A stretch of 64,000 nucleotides of DNA from assembly GCF_006345805.1 (NCBI RefSeq), contig NW_021836170.1, positions 4,480-68,479 on the forward strand, read 5' to 3'. Position numbers and translations under genes: made by a program. This DNA comes from Octopus sinensis (taxonomy: Eukaryota). Shown in pieces: positions 48,676-62,788 of the stretch; within the stretch, counting starts at the first letter, position 1; every line of letters begins with the position of its first letter. A model generated the notes under the pieces. It did no database searches and was not told the DNA's origin. It saw nothing but the letters and a program-made list of their open reading frames with translations.

Positions 48676-50110
48676 ATGAGCTCAGATATAATTCCTCAAG
48701 AAATTACTGTTATTAGTAAGTATCTAATTTAATATCATTTAAACTGTTGATTAAATAATATTTTTAGTTATGAATGGAAAAAACATAGTGGGCAGAAAAA
48801 GCGGTTTGTGTTTCTAATCTAACTCCCAAGGTCTGAGAAGTTTTTCATGTGTTTTTGGCATCGGAAACAAGAAATTTACGACTACAAACGACCCTGTAAG
48901 CGAGGGAAATCCAAAATGGAACGAAGAGGCCACAGTGTATATAAAAATAATTCTAAGCCCAGGCCAATCAAAGTTGACTGCAAAGACGATCTTGTTCTTA
49001 AAATTTGCGACAATTCCAAAAAAATAGGGAAAATTCAGGTCCCATTGACAGATATTTCTGTTGATCCAGTTCGCAGGTTTTCAATTTACATAAAATATAG
49101 TCTAAAAATACTTCAAATCAAACCATCAAAAAATTTTCCAAATTGTTCAGGACAAATAACCTTTAAATGCTGGGTCTCCAAAGTATATCCCCTGGATATC
49201 GCAGATAAATCGATCCGAATAAGATCCATGTCCACTTTTTTGGCCAAAAAACCCAAAATAAGTGCATCCAAATATTCAATTGACGGGTCTTCTGTCGTAA
49301 CTGGTGTAACTTCGATTCCTTCAATTCCACCTATTGTCGAAGATTACACAAAAAATAACCACAAAGACCCACGGAAAGGATCTCAGAAGAATTCATGGAC
49401 AGAAACGATGATTAGTAGTGGAATTGGCGACTCACGACAAGACTGTTCTGACTGTATAAACGACGACCAAGTCCCCCATGTGGAGAAAATTGACCCAAGG
49501 TTCATAAAAATGAACAAAAGACAAAAAATTTCTATTCACGGAAAAAATTTTGGTTCTTCGATCCAGGACATTGCCGACGTTGAGATTGGAGGGATATCAA
49601 TATTGTCAAATGTCCTCTATCATTCTTCTAGTCTTTTATTTGCTACGATAGAAGCTAATTTGCTTGTATAATTACTGTATGCTATAATTACTAGGATTCA
49701 ATTGAGGAAGCTGAAGTTATAATTACTTCTAGAACCAGGGGAAAGGGAACATGTAGTACCTCTCTTTGTGCACAAAATAGGGGGAAAAGTGTTAAGGACA
49801 GAAGAATGTCTCAAAAAATTAAAGATTTTGTGGTATGATTTATTATTAAAATTTTATCAACAATTAGGTTAATGATTCTGTTCACTCAAACCGTACGTTG
49901 AATCCATTTGATGACCAGGCTTCTGTACTAAATGCTAAAATTGACGACTTGAATAAAAAAAATATTGGTTTTTTTAATTATTACGCACTTAAAGATTTAA
50001 TTGCAGAAAATAATTCGCTTAAACAATCTTTTAAAGATTTGAAGGATCGTTATGATCAACTCCTCGTCAAAGTGCTTGTACAATGTCCTGAAATTTTGGA
50101 AGTCCTTTAA
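48676..50110 (+). CDS. Class I Rab11 family-interacting protein (C2 + IPT/TIG + NPF + FIP-RBD)
   Basis: Spliced N-terminus IPQEITVIIMNGKNIVGRKSGLRSFSCVFGIGNKKFTT..GNPKWNEEATVPI (FIP-type C2). C-terminus LKDRYDQLLVKVLVQCPEILEV resembles the FIP-RBD (LEDYIDNLLVRVMEETPSIL). NPF motif near 49900. Confidence 0.82.
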
Positions 50111-50379
50111 TATTTAAATTAATGATTTATTCTTAGTTATGCTTATAAAAATAATTTTTTAATTAAAGTACAAATTTTAAATTACATGAAGCACAAATAG
50201 ATAGGTCGATTAACAATAATTGTTTTAATTTTTAAAATTTTGCTTTTATTTTACCTGGTTTGAAAAATGCCTAGTCTTCTGTCTAGGGTGTTTTCAATAG
50301 ATTTCAAAATGCAATTTTTATATGAAATGTCAAGCAAAAATTTTAATCTTCATTCTCCACCTTGCGTCTCCTCAATCTC

Positions 50380-51560
50380 CTCAAATATTTTTTTCTTGCG
50401 TTTCATAATTGTTTAATTATAGTGCAAATTTCGAAAAACCTGAATCAACCACTCTAGCTAAGCAGGACAAGGAATACTTTTCCTTTATGGATAATTTCCA
50501 GTTAGCATGCTAGCAGGTCGTATTTGTACATTTGCTTCACTTCTACCTGTCTGAGGCGATGCTGGGACGTTCCGATCTTGATAATGGCAATCTGGATCGT
50601 TGTATTGTCATGGAAAGAATATCGGGTTTGTTGTTTTCACTACAGTGTCGATTCTGATTGTTTTATTTACTCTTATTTCGTCAAACTCATTAGTCACAGC
50701 AGATTGAACTGAATGAATTTTGCTGCATAAATGCAGATGCATGCACTTGACGGTCTCGTTATCTGTTTAAAATACAGTCCGATTCCGGTTTGGATCGCCA
50801 ATTGGGGCGGTGTCGGACTGTATAAGCTGCTGAGCATCCTCTCACATTTCTTAGTAAGGTTGTCAACTGTCTTTTTGCAGAATTATAGTGCTTACATTAA
50901 TTTTCACCACACCAGAAAAACAAATTGCGGCCTTTCAGTAAGCATAACATTCCATCAACTGGCGGAGAGTTATTTCCGTTTATTAGCCACCTTTCAGATT
51001 TGACAACGTTCACTTCAGTACTTTTCAAACACTGATATAGAATTTAATGTAACAGTTTCTACTCAATTTTTACTATCAGATGTTTAATCTTTTTTAGTTC
51101 TTTGGATGTCAATCCTTTCACATTGCCAATGTTGTACTTTCAAAAAATAAAATCCCCAATTGTGGGCATATATGTTTTTTCTTTTTTGTATGACCATTAG
51201 AATCTCTGGCCTTCTCAAACAGTGATTGACTTTATGTTCAAGGTTTCAAAGAAACTTTGGGAGAATTCGTTAAGCTTTACTACTTATAGACTCGAGACCT
51301 GACCATAGACTTTCTTTTTTTACTTGCCGGAAATTTATTCAATTGTCCGTTACGATTTAAAGAATCTTCTTGTCGATGCATTCGAATTCTTTGGACTCGA
51401 TATCAATAAGCCTAATATAATAATTGTAAGGATACTGCAAATTCGTCGATTATCTTGAACAGGTGCACTGAATGTAGTTTTGTGGCTCGTAGACTTTTAG
51501 AGTAGAAACCAGTAGACTGACAAAAGAATAAAATCATTAAACTTTATTCCTTTCATTGAA
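50380..51560 (-). mobile_element. R4-like non-LTR fragments
   Basis: LIDIESKEF..IDKKI, RWLINGNNSP..LC.L.GRNL, NKPDI, QVEVKQMYKYDLLA. Confidence 0.7.
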
Positions 51561-51995
51561 AATGACTAATTAACTTATTGAGTTTGGGTAAGTAATTCAA
51601 AAAAAATATGTATTTAGAAAAAAGAAAAAATAACAGAAGATTTACATCAAGACAAGACTACGTGTTAATTATTTTCAAGCCTAATTTTATATAATTAAAT
51701 AATGTTTAAAATTTTTTAATTGACCTAGTTAACAAATAATTCATTGATTAAAAGTAGAAAATTGTCCAAATACGAATCAAAAACATACTTTGAATATTTA
51801 AGTGTAGGCTAGACAAGCGATGTAAACTCAGCGTATAAACATGTAACCTTTGTTTATTAAATCAACCATTCTTCCTAGGAGATATTAATCCTCATTAATT
51901 GGGCCTTGTAAATTATATTCATGATGATTCTCGAAAAGAATGCCAAATAAAACTCTTATGTAATTTTTATAATTAAAAGCTAATTATAACAAATA

Positions 51996-53159
51996 TCAAA
52001 AACTTAAAGAGTAAATCATAACTCCACTAATTATTAAGAAATCATTTCCCATAAGACATGTCCAAAATAAGGTGATATAAAAGCAGTAACACACGATACA
52101 ACCAAGTTAACTTCATTATTGGTTAGCAGGTCCCATCCAGAAATATGTTCAACATCTTCTCCAGGAGAATCAGTTATTTTTCCATCTTTATTTTTTCCTA
52201 GAAAAACCAAAACAAATTTTAACCAGAAAATTGTAAAATAGATCCCAACAAAGAATCAAGAACTGATCCAACAGTGCCAGCTATACAACAAACAAGTATT
52301 ATCGGCCACTGAGGATCCTCAGCAAGTGTTGAGAACATGTAGTGATATATATATGTAGAAATATAAAATATCACACCGATCACAATCCCTCCTAAAAAAC
52401 TCATAAAAGTCCCGATCAAAGTGACCCCTCCATTTACTCCCGGAGACACAATTTTAAAAGAAATTATCGAATATGTTGTAAATGATGTAAAGGATGATCC
52501 TATTTCTGAAGCCAGGGTATCGGCCAGAGAGCATGACAAAGACCCAAGAAATGCAATTTTTGAATTTGAGGTTAAAAATAATTTCCCAAAATCAATTGCG
52601 GGGTCGTTCAATTGCCCATTTTTTAAAACTCCCAAAATTGAAAGAGCGGGAATTCCGCCATTACAAATTACTTGAATCCAATTTCTTTTTGAGTCTAAAT
52701 AATAAATAAAAGTATATTTCCTGGTTTATTATAAATGCGTCTTTTAGTTGATTTTCGAAATTTTGTTGCTTTGGATGCAATTCCAAAATATATTATTAAA
52801 GTTATGAAACAAATTGGAGAAGAAACATAAACAATTATACCAATAAAAAATGCTATTGTGTTTAAAATATACTTATAATTAAATTATATTTTATATAATA
52901 ATAAACCAGTAATTATCCCAGAACTTGTAAGCGAGGACCTAGACAGTCTTGAGATTATGAGATTAAAAAGAATTGCACAAAAAATGCGAAAAATTGACGG
53001 GGAATTAATATCTAATATTAAAAATGCGTGATTACTTGAAAAAAGTGCTAGACAAAGCCACTGAAAGAATGATACATTAATCGAAATAAGAACTAAAAAA
53101 GCAAATAAATTTTTTCTTATGTTGCCAAACAAGCGCCATGGAAATAAATATGTCAGCAT
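51996..53159 (-). CDS. TMEM19: TMEM19 (DUF92) multi-pass membrane protein
   Basis: SLTSSGIITG, GGIPAL, SLADTLASEIG, VSPGVNGGVTLIG, GSVLDSLLGSILQFSG, HISGWDLLTNNEVNLV. Confidence 0.92.
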
Positions 53160-53329
53160 CACAAGACTCAGATATTGAAATACAATAATGTTAAATTATT
53201 TATTCGTTTTTGATAAATATAAAAATCAGAGATAAACTCTTTAGATAGTTTGATTAATCATTAATTTTAAAGATTAACTAAAATCTATGTTGCCCGTCAT
53301 ATTAATAAATAAATAAAATTCTCGACGAG

Positions 53330-54300
53330 AACCTCAAAGGCATCGGGAAACGCCTTAAAGCTAAAGAGAATCTCGGAATTTTTTGCATGACATATGTCAC
53401 GAGCCTAGCGCTTTACTGAACTTAAGTGGTTACATTTCTGATCGAGTTCTGATCCTGCAAATTACAAGTCAATCAGTCTCCTATATCCTATCTAAAAAAT
53501 CGTGGGAAAAAATGTCGTTAAAAGACAATCAACTTATATTAAAGATAAAAAGTATCTTTTGCAAGACCAATGGAGATTTCGGCGTAACAAAGGCACTGGA
53601 AATTTTTTTCACTTCTAAAGGTTTCTTGCCATTCCCCCGATTGATCCCAATGTGTTCAACTATGGAGGGGATTCCGGCGACTTCCAAAGCTCTCACGATA
53701 AGGTCATTTAGAGCAGCGTGTCGTAGGATACGACCAGAACTGCACCTACACGATAAAGCGTGCAGACCAAAACGACAGATTTTTTGCACCACAGGGGCAG
53801 ACATGTGGCTCAAATATGCGAAATACGAGGCGTAAACAAACCCCAGTCCTAACGGACTCATTGTACAAAAGGTTCCCAATACTTGGTAGTAGAGCGGCAT
53901 TTAAACAGGAACCGCTGTAGGAAAGACAGGCCGTCTTAAAGCAGGCCAAACGATGTTGTTCGAAGGATGCAGGGAAGATCAGTAAGAATGTCCACATGCA
54001 GATAACATGGTGCACTTCTGAGGTAGTAGAGTAATTTGGCCAGGGCGAAAAAGTTATTCGCGAAAAAAAAGCCGACATGGGTGTCCAAAGTTGTAAGGCG
54101 GTTCAAAAAACGAATGAGTGTGAAATTTTTAATACGAAGATCAGTCTTAATAGCGGTTGATAGAATGGAGGATCCGAGAATCAGGAGATCGTTGACATCA
54201 ATCGTGCGCTTTTGACAAGACCAGTGTGGAAGGACGATGATAGATGGTCAAAGGGTTCATTACCAAGGTTGAGGCTAACTAATTTAGATTTTGCGCAGTT
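53330..54300 (-). mobile_element. CRE-clade element 3' fragment
   Basis: PHVCPCGA..LHALSCRCSSGRILRHAALNDLIVRALEVAGIPSIVE; similar to 42750-43080 and 20400-20860. Confidence 0.8.
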
Positions 54301-54899
54301 CTCCAGTTTAATCTTAAGAATTAACTAGGTTTAGAAGATAAAAAACTCTAGTACACGAAACGTCAAAATCCCCTTCAATGACAACCGCCAGCTTCCTGCA
54401 TGTCAGGGAGTTCGTGAGTACTAACTAATCCAAAAAGACGCTCTATTGTTGGCACCTGTCAGCGACGGCAATCCTAGCGGCTTTCGAAATTTTTATGCAT
54501 ATCTTCCGTGCCCGGCGCAGACCGGCAACAGTGGATAACACATCTTTGAAGAGGATGTCACGAACAGCTGAATAAAACAAAGGTGGAGGATTTTGAAAAA
54601 ATTCTGACTTTGAAACACTTAGACCCGTTGGACATTTCCAGATTGCAAGGGCCGCAGATGATAACTTAGTTAAACCGGCACGAGATAAGTGAACATCTCT
54701 CTGGCAGTTGAAGCATTTCCTCGCCTTCTTCCAAGTATTATTGGTCAAGCAAATAAGGCATTGGAATAATTGAAAAGATTCGATATGAGACGGATTTGTA
54801 GTTAAGTGATTGATTAAAAGATGATATAACAAAGAATTATCGAGAAAGAATTGATATGTTAGGAAGCTGACGCTCGACTGCAGAGCCGAGGCTAACAGC

Positions 54900-56800
54900 C
54901 TCATCAGCTTTGGAATTACAGCAGGCTTCAGTCATCCATTGGAAATGACATAATCCTCCCGGCCGTTAGATGCCTCAGATGCAACCAATTTGAACACAAG
55001 TCCCAGGGGTGCACCGAAAAAGTCCGGTATCTGCTCTATGGGGGCGAACATAAACACAAGAACTGACCGAAAACAAAACCCGGTTCCAACGACCCTGCTG
55101 AGAGAACCTGCATAAATTGCAACAATCCTGGATATCTGGTGGATGCCAGTCAGCCAAAGCCAAGAAAGCTGCCATACGGGTTGTAAACAGTCCGCTGCCT
55201 AGAAACCCGGTCCGCTGGGCAAAGGTCGAACAAACAGAATCAGTATGAACGAAGGGGTCCATCCCTGGTCCGTCCAAAGTCGATGTCTGCATCCAGACAC
55301 TGCCAAAACTCAACCCATTCATCAATCCGAAGCCGATGGCTGACATCAGTTCCAGTACCAGAGCTGGTCGTACGACTGTCACCTGCAAGAAGACAATACT
55401 TCGTCGCAAATAGATACCTACTCGGACCAGGACCTGTGCAACAGAGATGCCTTTTTAAAATTCTTTTGCCTTTATGTGGAAGCACTGATAAAACTAGGTG
55501 TAGAACCTGAAATGCTGCAACAGCTCCTATTATAGGGAAGCACACCAACAACATAGCTCATATTAAGATCATCGCTGTGAATGCCCGATCTATCAAGAGA
55601 AGGCACCACGATTTCGTGAGATGGTAAACAGCAGTCGTCCAGACATTATTGTCGCCAACGAGTCCACGCTCAAGGAAGATTACTCATACTAAATCCCCCG
55701 GTACCTGAATCTAAAATGGACTATCTGCTTTATCCTAGAACCGGATGGAACATATTCTCTCTTGATAAACTTCAAGTCCGTAACTTCAATATTATCGAGG
55801 ACACTCTTTGTGAATTCCTATCTCTGAAGGTGAAAACCGAATCTTTCTAGCTGAAAGTCGGAGCCATGTATTGGCAAAACCTCTCTCCCTGGGACAACTT
55901 TGTTTGAGCGTCTGCTCGCATACTGTCGCGGATTTAATAAAAAAGCCCACGGTACGATGACATGGGGAATGGCCATTTACCAATTGAGGTCAAAATTCAC
56001 GCGGACATCGAAAAGTAAGAACTTTAATCCACTCGATACATCCTATCAAAGATCAACTGGCCGCACTACTAAGCTCTGTGAGTGCATTCTAGCACGACTA
56101 CTGTCGCCTGGTCAGTTACGGCTTTGTCCTTGATATCGACATCTCGAGTGAGGCGTAAACGAGATTCATGCAATGCTATCTGAACACTCAAGCAAACAAG
56201 CCACGTACTTGGCAGGGGCAGAAGGTTAATCCAAACACCAAAGTTACAAACTTCCTCAGCGAAAGAAAGAGTTTGTAGTACAAACTCAGACGCAATGTGA
56301 ACTTTATCGCCTGACCCACACTTAAAAAAATAATGTGTGCGATTGGACGAAAACTTGATTACACGATAAAGCTCAACGTCGCAAGCAAATGGCACAACCG
56401 AGGTTGTGCAATCATTCCGGCATGCCTGCTTAGCCGAAGGAGATTCCAGAAATATTTGCAGAACACCTGAACTCCAAGAGGCGTATTCAGGAACACCGCA
56501 AGGTGGCGAGTCGGAACCACTGCTACGCCAATTGTCCTCGGACCATTACTTGATCACCTCCGCAAAAGTGATTCGTACGGTAAGAAACAACGTTCCTGGC
56601 AAGACTGTCTTTGGCAAACCTGAAATGGAGCCACATATCAAAAGTATGGAAAATCTCCAAGGTCCGGATGGTCAAAAAGCCTGCAAAGGCAATGAATCTA
56701 ACTAGCAACTACCGTCCAATAGCCAATAATCTCAAGACTAATGAAAAAAATCATGGCCAAGTGCATTGACTTCTTCGCCGAAGTGAAGAACGTGTTGTTC
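54900..56800 (+). mobile_element. I/Jockey-group LINE 5' part: gag zinc knuckles, APE endonuclease and start of RT, decayed
   Basis: C.QFEHKSQGC, Y(C)LLY(C)GGEHKHKN, CINCNNP; IKIIAVNARSI..PDIIVANEST (APE start). Confidence 0.7.
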
Positions 56801-56933
56801 CCACAAAAATGGGCAATGTCTGATTGTTAGTTTTTGCGAACCCGGTAATCTATAAAATTTTTTTTAATTTGTAGGCTACCTCTTCTACATAAACTTTATA
56901 CAATAAAATTTTTTTAAATTTATATAGAAAAAA

Positions 56934-57006
56934 CGACCACGATGGGATTCGAACCCACAATCTTCTGGTTCGAAGCCAGACGCCTTATCCGTTAGGCCAC
57001 GCGGCC
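56934..57006 (-). tRNA. tRNA-Arg (anticodon TCG), 73 nt, no intron
   Basis: GGCCGCGTGGCCTAACGGATAAGGCGTCTGGCTTCGAACCAGAAGATTGTGGGTTCGAATCCCATCGTGGTCG folds as a cloverleaf with A and B boxes, followed by a T-run. Confidence 0.97.
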
Positions 57007-57265
57007 TTTGATTCTAATTCGCATTTCATTAAATGATACGCCTATCTTTCTTCTACTGGACTTGAATTTATCTCTCCACCCTTTTATTTTTTAACAGTGC
57101 AACCCTTTTTTGGGCGATCCCGGAGGTTTTCCAAAACAGACTTTAGACTGTATCTAAATAATAGCTATAACTAAAAATATGTTTAATTTCTCTCTATAAT
57201 ACAATTAATCTTTATTCGAATCCTAGACAATATAAGCCATTACAAATAAGCATAAAAGTAAAAGA

Positions 57266-59151
57266 CTAATTTTCTCTTTGACTTCTCTCTTCTGAAATTA
57301 TCATCCTTTCCAACTCTTTTATTACCTCGCATCGAGGTACCCTGACCTAACAATCAAATATAATCACAAAAACCTCCTCCCGAGAATTAACTCGTTGAAT
57401 AACCACAATTTCGTTCGCAATTTCATCCTCCCCAATGATGACCGCAAACTTTATTTTCTTGTCTTGACATATAATTTTTTGCCCTTTAAATTTTGTATTT
57501 TCTTTATAACAAAACTCGGTCTACGTATATGATTCGATCACGGATACATTAATTCCCCCATCAAACAATTCGCGACACAATTTGATCCTTTCATGAATCA
57601 TTTGATTACTCTTCTCTTTGCTTGGAATCGAAATCACAAACACGTCTGTGTAGTTTGTCTTCAAGTTTTGATTATTTTTCTGAAAATAATTAATTTTTGT
57701 AGTTATTTATCGAAATATTAAAAAAAACTTTTAATTGCGATTCTGAAAATGCGAAAAGGCGTTCAACTCCAATGGAGAAACCGACACAGGGAATTTGTGA
57801 TCCCTTCTCTTGAAACATATTTACTAAGTTATCATAACGGCCGCCTCCCGCAACACTTCCCACAGAATACTCGTCTTCACACTGCCCTAATTGAAATATG
57901 CAAAACACAAAACCTATAAACTGTACTTCAAATATAAGTCCTGTGTAATAATCCAACCCTCTCGCCAAACTCAAGTCGAAATTTAACTAATATTAGCTGT
58001 TAAACTACTTTGGAAGCTATTCCAAAAGATTCGCAATACTCAAAAAGGGTCTCCATTTCCTTCAAAGCTTCTTGAGCACCTGCATTTCTTTTCAATGTTT
58101 CGTCCATTTGTAATTTTTCGACCAACTCCTTTCCTCCTATATAATTATCATATTCAAGTTAATAAAATAATTAATCATTCAAATAAAACCGTTTAGTTGA
58201 ACATATTTCTTAAGGTTTCCAACCACATGTGAATTAATATTTTTAATTTGCAGCAGCTCAGTTTCAACTTCATCCCATGAAATCTCAATTGTATTAAAAA
58301 TCAGAGTACTTTGTCTAATTTATCAATCGAAGAACAAATCGTTGTGAATTTATCAGGAGGAGAATCTAAAGATTCCAACAACCCGTCCAGCAATTTTCTA
58401 CTGTTTATCTACCCTTTGATACAGCAATATCACCTTTATTACAAAATCAGACAAATCGAGATTAGTGAAAATCTCATAAATTATCCGTAACACCTCCGCA
58501 TCTGGCAGCAACGAGGAATAGTCTCCGGCAATGTCAAAGTCCTTAGGAAATAGTTTCTTGTAGAACTTACACATTGCATGAACTCCCTAAACCTTCCGCG
58601 ACCCATAGCGGGATTGTCTCTCCTGTATACTTTACCAATGTGATATCTTTTCATATTCATAATCTTTCTCGATGCCAAATATCTGGCAAAAGGGACCTTC
58701 AGGTATTTTTAGTGATAAAAAACTGTTAGATCATATCTTAGAGACAACAATTCCCCTCCCTGGTCTGCCAAATCGTAGATCAATTTCGAGTCCTCTCCAT
58801 ATTTCCCCGTTAATAATTCCTTGCGTTCAAAAACTGGGGTGTCGATTCTTTCGGCTCCGTGTTGCTTAAAGCAGGAAATAATTTTATTGAGAATCTCCTC
58901 TCTGATAATCATTTGAGAAGGAATAAAGTCTTTAGTGCCCTGAGTGAATGTTAGTTCAATTTACTTTGGCTGTCTTTATTTTTAATTTTGGAGTCTCTTG
59001 AGCTTTATTTCGTAGAATAAAGAGTTTATTTACTTCACCCTGAATCTTATTTTAATTATGGTTTTTTTATATTTACTTCTTCGTTGGTTAAATTTTCGTA
59101 GTTGAGAGTTTTTAATATTTCATAGCGGTCGGAAAGTTCTTTAGAACACAT
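57266..59151 (-). CDS. HARS1: Histidyl-tRNA synthetase, many short introns
   Basis: KTAK|[54 protein letters not shown]|[28 protein letters not shown]|DFDIAG; [11 protein letters not shown]; [12 protein letters not shown]; [11 protein letters not shown]. Confidence 0.98.
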
Positions 59152-60283
59152 CGATAAACAACGTGGAAGTCTGATTTTTAAAAAGTTCAAAATCATTGAT
59201 TTGAATTTTGAAAATAATATATTAATAGAAAGTTCCGTTTAATAAATTATATATAATCAATTTTTAGCTTCGTTTCCAAGCAGTTCCTATCGAGTCATCT
59301 CGCCAGCCAATCATCGGGATTTTTAAGTGAATAGTTCAGCTTGAGAATATTAAGATTAGATTCAATTAAATTAAAAATTATTAGACTAAGGAAAAGTATA
59401 ATTAAGGAAATCTTAGATTATTTTTAAAGGTTTTTCCTACCAGGTAATATCTGACGAGATATCATGTTTCATGGTGATTTGGTTGGCGGAATTGACATCT
59501 CAATTATTTAAGGCTTTAGCCTGCTTATATATGAACTGAAGATTGTAAAAAAATTCATATCTGAACTCATATAATTACAAGTTACTGTGGATAATAAATG
59601 GTAAAGAATCAATGGAGTCACTTGTACTTTCAGTCATTTTTAAAGTAAACAAAGGCTATTTAAGCTGAAGGTTTGCCAATTTATTGAGACTTCAAGTTTT
59701 ATAGAGAATACTTTTGTAGCTTTCCTTAAAATGTCATAATTTGTTGAACAAACACAATGTTATACAGTTAGAGATTACCCGCTACAAAATACGGAAAATA
59801 AAATTATAATTCTTATGAATATTGTTTCTTTCACAAATATCTCTCCAGTTACAAACATTTCCCCATAGTTTGCTATAAAGCTACTGGAATATATTGATTT
59901 TGAATAAAATCGAGCACAAGTGACAGTACTGAATTTTGTGTTTGTTTTTCAAAACTTTGAGAAATTGATGAAAATCAACAATGGAATATCAGACTAAAAA
60001 AATTATTAATTAGATATTTAAATTAATAGAATGAATAAAATACTTTATATTTTTTATCGACAATATTTTTTTTGGAGAACTGAAAATATTAAATTAATGT
60101 GTTTACCGAAGTACTTATTTCATCAAAATCGATCTCAGCAATATCAAGTGCTTTATTCCAGCACAAATTATTGTTTTATTTTGCAAAATCTTAATAAAAC
60201 TTTTCCTTAGGATCTATTAAGAACATTTACGAAATTAAAATAAAAAAGAAATTTCTTTTTATAAATAGAATTGTCTTTTTATA

Positions 60284-61338
60284 CACTTAAACCCCTCTAT
60301 AATGTCATCCCCTTATAACGCCACCCCGCTTAGTGCCACGTCATTTTTTGGTTCTTCTTTGAATTTCTCTTTATAATGCAAAACCCCCTCCACTCAGTTA
60401 TTTCCATGCCAAACTACGTGCCTTATTTGATATAACGCCATTCAACTCAAAAATATGGAGACTATCTGTCAAAAGAAGGACTGTTTGTAAAATACTACGA
60501 TACAGAGAAAAATTAAAAAACTTGGATGATTATAACTTAAAAGCTAAACGTACTAAATCTGCGAATCATTTGGATTTGGAGGAAGCTCTTTGGATTTTGT
60601 TTGTAAACAAAAGGTCTCAAAATATTGTTTTGAATGATGAAGTATTACGGGAACAAGCAAAAAAATTTGTAAACGATTTAAGATTGGATTCTGGAATAAT
60701 ACATAGTTTTAAGGCACATTACCGAAAACTACAGCTAAAACATATTATCAACTAACTTGAAACAAGTAAAAATTGGCATATTGGGTTGGATGGAAAATCA
60801 TGAGACAGCGTAAAAGAAGAAATAATTAAAAACTGCTGAAGGCAAACCAAGATTTGTCATGTCAAAACTTATAACACTGAAAATTGGAGAAAAAAATTGC
60901 TGATCAAAATCTATTGAATCAACTGATTTCAACAATGAATATTAATGATGAGATGGATGTCAACGAATATGTTTCGTTGGACAGTAATGCTAAAACATAC
61001 TGTCATATTGAAGAAGACAAAATATTGTCTACACTTCTAAGAATCAAGAACAATGATAAAGAAGACATAAAAGAAGACTACTAAAAAAAGATCTTCTAAA
61101 AATGAAATGGCTAATGCGTTCAAAGTTATACTGCGCGGGACGAGTTTACTCATGGAATGGCGGAAAAAAAGCTCGGGATTGTCTAAAAAATAGTTATAGA
61201 CAGTCAACGATTATGAATTTTTTAATAAATATTAAATATCTTGTGTTTAATTAATTTTAGCGGGGTCGCGTTATAATGCCACCCCGTTTATTGCCATGAA
61301 TACTTGGTTTTTTGTGGCAATATAAAGAGGTTTAAGTG
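60284..61338 (+). mobile_element. Internally deleted Tigger/pogo element
   Basis: TIR CACTTAAACC(C)CTCT.TA with TA TSDs; CENP-B-like LEEALWILFVNKRSQNIVLNDEVLREQAKKF. Confidence 0.85.
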
Positions 61339-61379
61339 TATATACAAATATTTTGGTGGCATACAAGCTATCGTTAATT

Positions 61380-62260
61380 AGTGTATCAGCCTAAAAAGCG
61401 TAGCAAATTGACCTTAATGTGAATCGACGTCAAGAATGTATTTGATTCCGTTGATTATGACATTACAAAAATCTGGACTATAGTTATATTGTGAACTTTA
61501 TATCGAAACTTTTGACAAAATAAAGATAAAGCTTACCTTTCTGAATAGACAATTTGGAAAAGTCAAACTAAAAGAATGAATATTGCAGGGTGATTCTCTC
61601 TCGCCCCCAATTTATTTTTCTATTGATGAAAATTCCCAAAGGTGACAACGAGGAGCCCTGGAAACGGGAAACAATATACAGCGATACAAATAAAAAACGA
61701 AACACTCATTTTCTCGATTTAAGTAACAAACAATCTGCTTTTTATTGATAATATTAAGTTTTTCTTTTATGAATCCACACAATGGTCAAGATGAATCGTT
61801 TTATGACGTGACTAGGTTAGAGAGAAACTTCACAAAGTTTTTTATCTTTATTTTTATTCGAATGAATTGTTTGTATATTAGTTTAAAATTTTCCTCGGTT
61901 TGTCCAAAAAAGAATGAGAGGAGCTTATTGATATTGAGACACAAGAATTTGAATACATCAACAAAAAGATTCGCTAAATCCTAAAGACAATCAAATAAAT
62001 TTCCAGGAAACAAAAAAAGAAAGGCAATGTTTACCACGGAATAAATTGGGTCAGGTCACGAGTCTATAGGCAGTAAAGCAGAACGAATGCTCTTACAGTT
62101 AAACCCAATCACTGTTTGAAAAGACCAGAAATCCCATGCTGGAAATTTTGAGTATGGTGAAAATAAATTTAATCACCCTAATTAGGCAAAAAACAGTAAC
62201 CACCTCACCTAAGAGTACATACAACAAACAGAACCGACACTGTTGTGGAAAACCACAAAC
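61380..62260 (+). mobile_element. R4-like non-LTR RT fragment
   Basis: IDVKNVFDSVDY, ILQGDSLSP, LIDIETQEFEYINKKIR, KAERMLL. Confidence 0.75.
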
Positions 62261-62788
62261 CTGATATTTACATGAAGATAGCATGTCGCCGCTGCGCTTT
62301 GTGCTCTTTCTTGAACCATTGAGTAGGCTTCTCATTGACAGACACGAACAACTGTCGATAAATCATAGGGGACATGTGTTTAACACAAACCACTTGTGTT
62401 TATCGACGGCATTAAATTGTTCGCTCGGTCCTCAAAGAAACTCTACTCTATGGGAATGCGAGTGGCAAATAGGATTGGAACTAAATTTCTTAAAGTCGAA
62501 GACTAATTCGCAATTGTGTGGCGATCGTTTCAAAGTTCCGAACTCATAAAATGCAATCTGTGGTAGAGAACGTTAGAGTATGCATTAAAGTGGATATTAC
62601 CATTCAAAAAATTAATCAGGGTATTAAAAAGCTAAAAATTATTTTGTATATCTGTTTAAAATATCAGTCGTTAAGACTGTTGGAGAAAATGAGTTAAATT
62701 TATTTTTTAACTATTAATTTTATAAGTTTAAAATTAATTAATTATTAATATAAGTAATAGAAAATAATCAATTTCAAAGTTTTTCGCG

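Noticed and set aside
54870-54915. CTGATGAG plus hairpin on the minus strand as a hammerhead ribozyme
   Set aside because: No GAAA follows stem II and there is no stem III or cleavage triplet.
57935-57952. AGTCCTGTGTAATAA resembling the 3' end of the Hydra spliced leader as I recall it
   Set aside because: It is the antisense of the conserved HisRS DYYTG codons, with no SL RNA donor or Sm-site context; coincidental.
59430-60130. Possible additional gene upstream of HARS1
   Set aside because: Only short interrupted frames with no recognisable motif; not enough support for a call.
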